Shown: positions 49,796 through 59,900 of the stretch, piece by piece
Layout: every line of letters starts with the position of its first letter
Numbering within the stretch: the stretch's first letter is position 1
Assembly: GCA_013239625.1 (NCBI GenBank)
Contig: MU053588.1
Location: forward strand, 893,988 to 957,987
Length of the DNA stretch: 64,000 nucleotides
DNA from: Lama guanicoe
Lineage: Eukaryota
Direction: 5' to 3'
Made by a program: the position numbers and the translations under genes
The notes under the pieces: model-generated
The model's database searches: none
Seen by the model: the letters and a program-made list of their open reading frames with translations, nothing else
What the model was told of the DNA's origin: nothing

Positions 49796-50769
49796 GAGCG
49801 ATAGGTGGGGGTCTGGAGGACCAGGCCAGTTCTCCCCGGACGCATTCACTCACCCCACAATTACTTACTTAGCAGTGAAGAGCTATTCCGTCTTGGGTCT
49901 GGAAGATCCCACACTGCTGCCCCCCACCCTACTGGCCCACTGTCCTACTGCACCTTTTAGGGTTCAATTGCTTCATATATAACATGGGGGGCCTATTGCC
50001 AGTTTCATGAGGAATCATGAGATTGTGTTTGTAGATCGTAATAAAAACTGACATTTATTGAGCATCTACTTACCTTGTCCCAGACAGGCTCTGCAAAACC
50101 ATTTCCTTATGAGGTAAGTTTTCCTTTTGCCAGGAGGACAGTGAGGGCCAGAGTGACTGCTCCACAGAGCAGTAAAGGGTAGAGTGAGACCTGTAAGCAG
50201 ATTGGCCTCCAGAACCTAAACTCACAGCCACTGTAAGCTTGCTCTAACCTGCCATTACCACTGCCTGGTATCAGGTAACCCAGTTCACCAGATGATAGTG
50301 AGCACCAACTCTGAGTCGCACCGTTCTGGGCACTGAGCAAAGCAATAAAGTCCACACCCTTGTTCTGCCAGGAGAGACACACATTTTCTCTCATATCCTG
50401 TATGTGGTTGTCAGCAAAACCATAATCATCATTTCCCTCTTCTCACAGAGTAAAGACCAAAGATCTCTGATTTACAAGACACTTCCCCCATCCCTCCTCT
50501 TCTACCTCTCCCCCTCCATTCTCTGCCACTCTAATCTTGCAGTTCTTCCAACACAGGAACATTTCTGCCTCAGGGCCTTTGCACTTGTTATTCACTCTGC
50601 CTAGATATGCCTCCATATGCTTGCATGACTTGTTTCCTCACCTTCAGATTTTTACTCAAAAAGACTTCAGTGAGGCTTCCCTGATAACTATCTGAAATCC
50701 AACATTTCCTCAACATACCACATAGTTATTACCTAGTCCCCTTTCTTGCTGTATTTCTCAGTACATACT

Positions 50770-51210
50770 ACTTTTTAAAAATTGAGTTATAAGTTATATA
50801 AAACTCACCCATTTCAAATGTACAATTCAGTGATTTTTTAAAATAATTTTACCAAATGGTGCAATTGTCACCATAAATCCAGTTTTAGAATATTTTCATC
50901 CCCTTCTACTAGTAAGATCCCTCACAGCCATTTACATCTAATCACCATTCCTACATTCAGCTCCCAGCAACCACTAATCTGATTTCTGTCTCTATAATTG
51001 CCTTTTCTGAATACTTCATATGAATGGTATCATATAATATGTAGTCTCTCGCGTCTGGCTTCTTTCATCTAGCTTGATGTTTTCGAGGTTCATCCATGGT
51101 GTAGCATGGATGAGTTCATTACTTTTTTTTGCTGAATAGTATTCCATGATATGTGTAGATATATCACATTTTGTATATTCACCAACTGTTGGACAGTTTA
51201 GTTTCAGCTT
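50770..51210 (-). mobile_element. L1MB-like 3' end relic
   Basis: TCACCCATTTCAAATGTACAATTCAGTGATTTTT...GAGGTTCATCCATGGTGTAGCATG. Confidence 0.75.
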
Positions 51211-52539
51211 TTTCTAACACACTGTACATTTTGCTTTGTTCCCCCCACTAGAATGTCAACTACACGAGGCTGGAATTTTTGATGGTTGTGTTCACCTCTG
51301 TACCCCCAGCATTTGAATTATGCTGGACACATAGTAGGTATTCAAGAAATATATCCTGAAAGAATAAGTTAGAATAGAGATAACTTCAGGGAGTGGTAAG
51401 CCTGGGCTATGCTGGCCATCAAGCAGGGCAAAGGCGACAGAGTGACAGGACTCCATGGAGCCAGCAGTCAGGGCAGGCTCCTATAAGGAATGGACTTTGG
51501 AGCAGGCACCTGAATGCACAAGGCCAATTACTGCACGTTCGTCATCAGCTCCAGGCCTCAGCCACCTGCTCCTGTGCCACTCCTGCAGGTAAGGGCAGAC
51601 AGCTTGGTGGCAGGACTGGGTTGGAGAGGGACTCCCAAGGACACCTAGCCTCACAGCAATTCGAGCAGGTGATGCAGGTCCTCCCTGCCCCCAGCTCTTG
51701 CCTGAGTCTTCGGGGCCCAGCCCAGTGTGGGGAGGGAAGGGTGGGCTGGACTGGCTGCCCCTTCTGCTGAGTGCCCCCAGGGTGAGACAGAGGGGCCAGG
51801 CACAGCCTTGGACTTGAAGCACACTGCCTGGGTTTGAATCCCAGCTCTAGCCTGTTCATTGCTCCATTTGCCCCTTGTCATCTTACTTAACTGTTTAGTT
51901 CCTCAGTTTTCTCATCTGCAAAATAGGGAAAGTAGCCATAGTTACCTTTTATTTGAAAAACAAACATTATTTTATAAGCATTTACTCCTAGTAAGTAACC
52001 GTGTGCAGGCAGGTTCTAGGAAACTTAATTCGTTTGATTGTTATATCAACCCCATATGGTAGCTGTCATTTACAGATGAGGAATCTGAGGCACAGAGAAG
52101 TGAAGTTAACCTTCCCCAGATCACCCCACTACTAAGTAATACAGATGGGCTTCAAATCAGCAGACTGGTTCCAAGTTCGTGCTTTTCACTCCTTCAGGCA
52201 CTGCTCCTCACCAAGCCAGAGGCATTGTTAAAGGGAGTTAATGTATGTGAAGCCTCTGGAACAAGAGCCTGGCAGGTAATCAGTACACAAGGAGTGTCAG
52301 GATTATCACAGTATAGAGGATGCAGGGAGGCACCCTCCCTCATTTCTTCAAAACAAGGATCTGACCCTTTTAGGGGAAGCAGGTAACAGCTCTAGTACCC
52401 TCCTCAGAAATCTGCAACTTGGCCCACACATTCCTTCCCTAGCCCCACCCACACAGCCCCAACTCCACTGCCAAGGCTCACTGGGTGGGGGTGGGGGAGA
52501 CATAGTAGTTAACTGTCCACCCTCCCCATTTCCCAGGGA

Positions 52540-52720
52540 CAAGTTGGGCGGTGCTGGGGAGGGGCTGTGAGTCAGGACTAAGGACTCTGAACAAAGGTTA
52601 GGGTGGGGCTCCTCAGAACTCCATAGGCAGACTCACTGCCCCTCCCCATGGCCCTCCCCCTGCCCTGTGGCACTGCTGGGCCCTCTGGCCCTGCAGGCAC
52701 ACCTTTTCTCACTTACCACC
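52540..52720 (+). promoter_or_regulatory. C19orf33 proximal promoter
   Basis: GGGCGG at about 52546, perfect AP-1 TGAGTCA 52568-52574, AACAAAG at 52590, GGGTGGGG at 52601, all upstream of the ATG. Confidence 0.5.
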
Positions 52721-53429
52721 ATGGAGTTCGACCTGTCAGCAGGTGCGCTCCTGGGGAGTGGGAAGCTTGAGGGGCAGAGGGCCAGATTCAAGCCCAGGGA
52801 CTGCCTCCCAGGGGGCATTCCCTACGTGGGCGCCAACCCACCCAACTTCTCCTCTCCGCAGCTGTGGAGTCCACCTCCAAGAAGCCCCAGGGAGCAGGCC
52901 ATGTGGGAGACGCCAAGCACAGCCCCCACAAAGTTCCCGGTGGGTCAGCTGATCACCTGAAGGTAAGTCACCTCACAACCGGGCACACCCCAGGGGCGGT
53001 TGCTTTTGACCCCAGGCCCCTGCTAGGTCTGGGGCCTCCGACTTGGGGACTGGATAAGGGGCTCCGGCCTCACTGTCACGCCACCAACTAGCATCACCAC
53101 GGCCGTGGCCACGGCAGCTCCTCCGATTCCAGCAGCAGTTCCAGCGACTCGGAAAATGAGGCTAAGGTGAGAGGCTTCTCCCTTTTCCAGCGGGTGCCTG
53201 TCACCCCAGGTGGGGGCAGAGTTTCAGCCCGCAACTCTGGCAGACGTCTCACTGGCGGAACCCTCTCTCCTCTCCCACCCCCACCGTCCTCACCCCGACC
53301 CCACAGCCCGGCACAGTCGGCTCGGAGAAGCACAAAAGCGCCCCGGGCAAGGTCAAGAAGCCAAAGGTGAAAAAGGAGAAGAAGAAGGACGGGAAGAAGA
53401 AGGACGAGAAGAAGAAGGCTCCCCACTGA
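52721..53429 (+). CDS. C19orf33: Immortalization up-regulated protein / HAI-2-related small protein (C19orf33 ortholog); join(52721..52742, 52862..52962, 53092..53166, 53307..53429), 106 aa
   Basis: Kozak accaccATGG; 22+101+75+123 = 321 nt with GT-AG junctions. [106 protein letters not shown]. Ser-rich middle, Lys-rich tail, syntenic position. Confidence 0.93.
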
Positions 53430-53447
53430 CGGGCCTGGGCGGGGCTC

Positions 53448-53453
53448 ATTAAA
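53448..53453 (+). terminator. C19orf33 poly(A) signal ATTAAA
   Basis: ATTAAA 18 nt after the stop codon. Confidence 0.7.
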
Positions 53454-53610
53454 CCTTCTCTCGGCCTCCAGGTTGCCTTCCGGTTTCGAGGCGCCGCGAT
53501 CCGTGCCCAACCCCGCCTGTCCCCTTCCTCCTGCCCCTCTCCGGGCCCGGACTGCCCCCTGCCGGGCACCGCGCGCCAAGGAGAGGCAGCTCACGCCGTG
53601 CCCCTCACGG

Positions 53611-53616
53611 TTTATT
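53611..53616 (-). terminator. YIF1B proximal poly(A) signal AATAAA
   Basis: TTTATT on the plus strand, about 200 nt past the stop. Confidence 0.75.
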
Positions 53617-53814
53617 GTTTCTTAAACAGTGGCCGCACTGCGGGGTGGGGTGGGGGGCGGCCTGTGCAGTTGGAGATCTCAGCACCTCAGCGAGAAGGGG
53701 AGGGAGGGTCTCGGGAGGCGGGGCGGACCCTGTGGCCGGCAAGGGGCCGGGAGATGAGCGGCTGCAGCTCGGTGGCCGCCAGAAGCAGCAGCTGGAGGCG
53801 TCACGGGGCCACCC

Positions 53815-53970
53815 TCACCGCACCAGGTGGAAGGTGAGCCAGTACATGAGCAGGGGCTGCGCTGCCGCCACCGCCATGGTCAGGTACATGCGCAGCTGGT
53901 TCCGCGCCCCGCGCACCGGGATGCCTTCGGCCGCCGCATCTGCCAGGATCTTCAGCCGAAGGGTCCGGAT
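53815..53970 (-). CDS. YIF1B: YIF1B exon 8 (to stop)
   Basis: ccag|[57 protein letters not shown]. Confidence 0.96.
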   Translation of the reverse strand: MRTLRLKILADAAAEGIPVRGARNQLRMYLTMAVAAAQPLLMYWLTFHLVR

Positions 53971-56900
53971 CTGGGTGGGGAGGGGATTCACCTTTGAGCC
54001 TGGCCATCCTTCCAGACTCGCTTTTCTACCCTTAATAGGGCAGCTTGCCTCAAGTCTCTGCTCCTGGGGGGACTTGTTTCCCCCAAATTTCCTAGCACAT
54101 AGTAAAGGCCTGCTCCTTCCCAGGCCTTGGGAGAATATGTGAGGGTTCCAAACTCAAGGGTGAGGCCCCTAAGTGAGTGAGGTGGGGGGACTTCACATGA
54201 ATACCCTTACTGAAGGGGGTGGCCAGGCTTGGCCCTTTTGCTGCTACCACCTTGTGTTGACCTCCGACAATTTTTTCAACCAGAAATGCCTTTTTCCCCC
54301 CACTCCCCTTAAACTTTTAAATATAACGACATCTAAGTCAAAGTTTATCTGAGGGGTAGGTCAAGCCCACCAGGCTCTAGGTTTGCTCTCTGCTCCTCAC
54401 ATGCAGCCACACTAAATCCTCCTGTACCCTGAGGTGCAATTATCATCCCCATTTCACAAAAGGGGAAACAGGTTCAAAGTCTATCCAGGATCCAGCAAAG
54501 CTTGGGGTCAAACCCCAATGCAGCCTAGTGCTCTTAACCAGCACCTCCACTCCAGCTGGAAGGACTCTCAGAGAAGCTACTTCGCAGGTACTGAACTCAT
54601 CATCCTAAAGGAAATTCTGGTAGGAAAGCCCACCATGTAAGGAGAGTGGAGTGAGGTTGAGTGCCCACTCTAGCATCCTGGCTGGCTCCTCCTCTTCCTT
54701 CAGGCCCCAGCTTGAGCACCCCCTCTTCCAGGAAGCTCTCCGGACCCCCAGGCTAGGATAGCCACTCCAGGACTCTTCTGTTCAACTATGCGGCTCTTGT
54801 CTAAACTTTGTACCCTCTGCTTGGATGCCTCCAGGGACCCCCAATTCTGTCCAGGAGGCCTGTGCCCTCAGTCCCACCCTCCACTGAGCCCCAGCTTACC
54901 ATGAATACAAAGATAGACATACAGCACCAGCCCAGCACCAAGTAGTAGCCAATCTTCCCAAAGAGCAGGCCCATGAGGACCCCGCCAATCATCCTGGGGG
55001 CGGAAGGAGAGGGAAAGGCCAGTCTGAGGTAGAGGCCCCAGGGCTGGGGGCCAGCAGTGGAGAGGCAGGAGGGGTACTCACCCAACATATTTGTAGCCCA
55101 AGAAGGCCACCAGGTCGATAGTGGTGAGGTCGGTGTTGACAGTGACAAGGTAGAGGCTGAGCAGGATGGCCAGCACCTCCAGTGTCAGCCAGGCCAACGC
55201 TGAGCTTGCTTGGAGCCCCAGGAGGTCTGGGGAGAACCTGCCGGCACCCAAGCTATGTCATTCAGTAGGCCGGCTCAGACCCTCCCTGAACATCTGCCTG
55301 GGCACAGTCTGCGCTGGGTGGGGCTGGAGACCCAGCAGTGACCAAGATGGATCTGGGCCCTGGCCTCCCAGAAATCCATTCCAGGAAAGGCAGACCTGTC
55401 CTCAGTGATAGCCTAGAGAGGTCAGGGCTGGATCAGGGCAGCACAGGGCAGGGGAGGTGCCTGACTCAGTTGGGGGTGGGGTGTCAGAGAGGAGGGTGAC
55501 ACTTGAGTTGAGGCTTGAAGGAATCAGGAGCTGATTATGGAAGAAGGACCTTGGTCTCTGCCTTATCCCCAGTGCCTCAATAATTAATTGACTCTAATGA
55601 CAACTGTTTTCCATGACGCAAAGGAAATGAACAGGGGCCTATGAGGCAGGGGTGGGGGACTGACCCAGGCTGGAGGGTGGGAAGGCTTCCCTGAGAAAGT
55701 AACATCAGAGTGGAGACACCACAAGTGAACAGGTGCTCAGCAGGTGTAAGGGAGGAACTTACTCCTAAGCAAAGGGAACTGGATGTGCAAAGGCCCTAGG
55801 GAGGCAGCCCTCTGGAGGAATGGGAAGAGGACCAGAATGGTGGGGCGGAGAGAAGCCGCATGGAGGGCAGGGTTGGGCTAAGGAGCTGAGGCTTGTCTGG
55901 GGACAGAGGGGCTAGGGTCAGCTAGCTGTTCTTCTGAAAAGGAGGGGACATGGCCAGGCCTGCCTCTCAAACAAGACCTTCCCAGCTGCTGCTGGAGTTG
56001 GGGTGCAGGGAGTGTGTGGGGCAGGGCAGACAGGAGAAGCCAAGGAGAAGGATGGATTTAGAGTCAGCAGCACAGGGTGTTGGGATGGGCCACACATGGG
56101 TGGGAAAGAGAGGGAAGAGGTGACCCTGAAAGTGATACCGCAGGCTGTGTCTTGGGCGAACTGGGAACACAGTGGGGTTGTTCTGAGAGACAGAAACCAT
56201 GAGAACTTCCTGACTGCCCCTCAGCCCCTCAGGCCCACACCACTTCGCCTACTCCAGGCCTCCCTTACCTATCCTGGGTCCCCAGCGCCAGGCCAGCCAC
56301 CAAGATGTAGGTGATGAAAGCCATGGCTGTGGGAGGCAAACACAGAGACACTGGTCAGAAGGAGGACCATCCTGGGCCTCCGGGCACCTAAACGTCTGCC
56401 CGAGACAGCCCACCCAGAGGGAGGAGGGCGCCGGGTGGTGGTGGGTGGGGTGAAACCTGGGATGTAGAGGTCAGGAGCATTGACGTCAAAGCGGGGGGCC
56501 ACTGGTGTGTCCTGCTGGTACTGCACCTCCCAGTCCTGTGGGGAGAGTCGGGGGAGCAGGCAGGACTGGGGACTGGGCTCCTCCTGCCCCGCCAACAGGC
56601 TCCCTCTTGCGGCAAATCTACCCACCCTGCCTCTTATACCTGCCCAGCCTGTGATTCACGCCGGCCCAGAGGCTGTCTTCCCCTCAGGGGGCAGTGCTCA
56701 CCTGGTGCAGGTAGGGGAAGAAGAGCAGGCCCAGCTTTTTGCCCACATACATGGTGTCCACAGCGAAGTAATATTTGAGCTTCGTGACAGGGATGAAGCG
56801 GTCGATCTAGGGAGGCAGAGCTCAAACCTGAAGCCCTGGCTCCACAGCCCCTGCCCGCCCCCTACCCCTGCCAGCGTGGCCCACTCACGTTCTTATCCAC

Positions 56901-59900
56901 CAGCTCCTTGCCCTGTGCGGCTAGGCTGCTCCCGTAGGCCATAGCCATGTTGGACACAGGATCTGCCAGGAAGGCTGCCTGGGGCGAGGTGGAGGCTGCA
57001 GGGTAGCCCAGGCTGCTGGGTCCCCGCTGGGCCCCGTAGCCCCGGCTCTGGGTTGAACTCGTGTCATCAAAAAGCTGGTGGGGGTCAGCCATGCCTGGCT
57101 GGGACACAGGGGTCCTCCGTTTCGAGGCTGCAGGGAAAGAGGGGTGGGAGCCTCATTCATTTTGCAGGAGCTCTCCCTCCCGCTCCTGTCGCAGTAGAGT
57201 ACTGGTTTTGATGGTAGATGGGTCATTTAGTCAAGTGCAGGTGGCCTCTGCCATCCATCCATCCATCCATCCATCCATCCATCCATCCATCCATCCAAAT
57301 AACGATAATGATGATGATGATAGCTACATGTACTGAGGTTCACTGCGCACAAAACCCTGTGCTAAATCTTTCACAAACAAGGTCTCTATCCAGACCTCCC
57401 TTCGTGCTCCATCTCACTCATTCCACTCTAGCCGCACGGGCCTCAGTGCCACTGAACACACCGGGCACACTCCCACCTCAGGGCCTCTGCACTGGTGGTT
57501 CCAGTACCGGCTCTTCCCCCAGACATCCTCACGGCTCCCTCCTCTCCTCCAAGTCTTGGCTCCGTGGGGCCTGCCCGAGTCATCCTGTCTACAACTGCAT
57601 CTCCCTTGGTGGCACCCCAACTCCCTTTCATTTATATCCATAGAACTCAGCACCAACTGACATACTGGCTATTCATTTATTTTGTTTGCTGTCTGTCTCC
57701 CCTACTCAAAGGTGAGCCCCCAGGATGGGGATCTTTGTTTTGTTCGTGGCTGAAGCCCTAGCCCCTAGAACAGGGTTAGAGTAGGTGCTTGATTAAAAAC
57801 TTGATGAATAAATGCCAGTCCCCATTTACAGGCTCAGACAGGCTAAATGACTTGTGCAAAGGGCCAAACTAAGGAAATGACAGAGCAGGAGACCAGCCCA
57901 GGCCAGCCAGTTAAATATTACAATATTTCAATCTGAATTGAGCACTTACCACATACCAGGCTGTGTTCTAAACACTATGGATTAACTCATTTAATTCTCA
58001 CAACAGCCCATTTTGTGTGGTTGATAGTATCATCCCACTCTACAGATGGGAAAAGTGAGCCCCAAAGAGGTTCAGGGCCCTCGCCCAAAGTCAGACAGAT
58101 AGCATGAAGCAGAACCCAATTTCAAGTTTTTTAAAGGTCCCTCTGCTTCATGTGGGGAACAGACTGGGGAGGTGGCGACAAGGAGGAGAGATGTGGTCCA
58201 GGTGGAAGAGTAGGATTGGGGGGCAGTGGTGGGGAGGGGATGGGTTGCTTCTGGATGGATTCTGGAGGTGGAGAGGCAGGATTGCCAGATGTGTGCTCAG
58301 TTGGAGGAGGGTAAAGAAGAGGCAGGAATCAACACTGTCTCCTAGATTCTGGTTTGAGTGATAGAGTAGATGGTAGTGTTGTCTACTGAGATGGACAATA
58401 TGGAGAGGGTGGATTTGAACCCAGCACTCTGGCTCCAGGGCCCTAACCTATAAGCAATGCTGTCACAATAAACATTTACTGAGCTCCTCCTCTGCCAGGC
58501 GCCATAATGGGAACAGGGTGGTGGGATTACAGTGGGATGGGGGAGAGGAATCCAGTGCTCCACGTCATGACTCTCTGCCCCTCAGTCTTCTCTGTAGAAT
58601 GGTGTCAACAGTCCGGGGCCAAGTGACACTTATGAACTGCTCAGCCCCTGGCCTGGCCCACAAACACGTGGTCAATCCCATCACCTATTATCGACTACTT
58701 ATTCCTCTTTGTTATTTGTGGCCTGAAAACAGACTCAGCAAGTGGTCAATCCCAAAGCAAGCAGCACTGGCCCTGGCTCACTTGTCCTCAAGCACCACTT
58801 CCCTTTTCCCTCTCCCACTACTGGCCAAAGGGCTGGCTTCCTGGAAGCTTTGGTGCAAGCCCTTCCTCCCTCTCTGTCACCCCCTCAGCCCTTGGCATTT
58901 GGGGTTCTGCTCTCCCTGGCCCCCTCAAAGGCCACTGCACTACCAGGCCAAAGCCGTGATTCCACTCTCCTCCAACTGAAGCTCTCGGCAGGATTGGCGC
59001 CCTTGCCCCCAGTGTCAGCCTCCGACTCTGCTCTCTTGGCTTCTGAGACACTCTACTACCTCTTTCTCTTTCCTGTCTGAGCCCCACAAACCTCGACTGA
59101 GCACCTCTGTGTTAGGCTCTGCTGCAGGCCAGGGAGATACAGCAGCCAGAATCATCTTTTTAAATGCAAAAGAGGATATTTCATGCCCTCTGCCTAAGAT
59201 CAGCGCCCAATATGCTGAGAATAAAATCCAAATGCCTACGAGGGCCTGCAGTGAACAAAAAGGGGAAAACTGCCTTCATGGGGCTGACAGTCTGATGGGT
59301 CCCTCTCAGTCACTGATTTCTCTCCAGCTCCCTGAAACGTGTGACCCAATTTTCTACCTTTAAGCTTCTCTTCTGCCTCTTACCTAGGGCAGTCTCACCA
59401 CATCCACAGCTTTCAGTAAGCCACCACGTGCCCTGGGCTTCCTGGCACCGCCCTCTGGCTGCCCCTGGGCCTTTACCTCTGACATCCAATCAGCCAGTCG
59501 CTAGTCTCACCCACCCTATCTCAACGTCACTCTCCCTTCAAGACCTTGTCATCTCGCACCTGACTTAAATGTCCTCTCACCAGGTTCCCTTGTTCATTCT
59601 TAGCCCCAACAATTTTCTTTCCTATCAGCAGCCAGAATCATCTTTTTAAATGCAAAAGAGGATATTTCGTGCCCTCTGCCTAAGATCAGCGCCCAATATG
59701 CTGAGAATAAAATCCAAATGCCTACGAGGGCCTGCATGACCCAGCCCTGCCAATCACCCTGGTTTGCTACCACTCCACCCAGCCACCATGGCTTCTTCTC
59801 AGGCTCCTGCAAAGCTCCTCGCCCCCTCAGGCTTTTGAACACAGTGCTATCACCTCGGAACACCTTCCCACAATCAACCCTGCCAATAAGCACTCAGGCC

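Larger units (their letters stand above)
53040..53970. promoter_or_regulatory. CpG-rich island over the convergent 3' ends of C19orf33 and YIF1B
   Basis: High CpG density visible across both terminal exons and the intergenic gap. Confidence 0.6.

Noticed and set aside
53094..54142. Antisense ORFs (166 aa minus, 175 aa plus)
   Set aside because: Reverse-strand shadows of the C19orf33 Lys-rich exon and YIF1B exon 8
59140..59736. Direct repeats as LTR pair or CRISPR-like array
   Set aside because: Only two copies, no TG...CA termini, no spacer array; eukaryotic intron context
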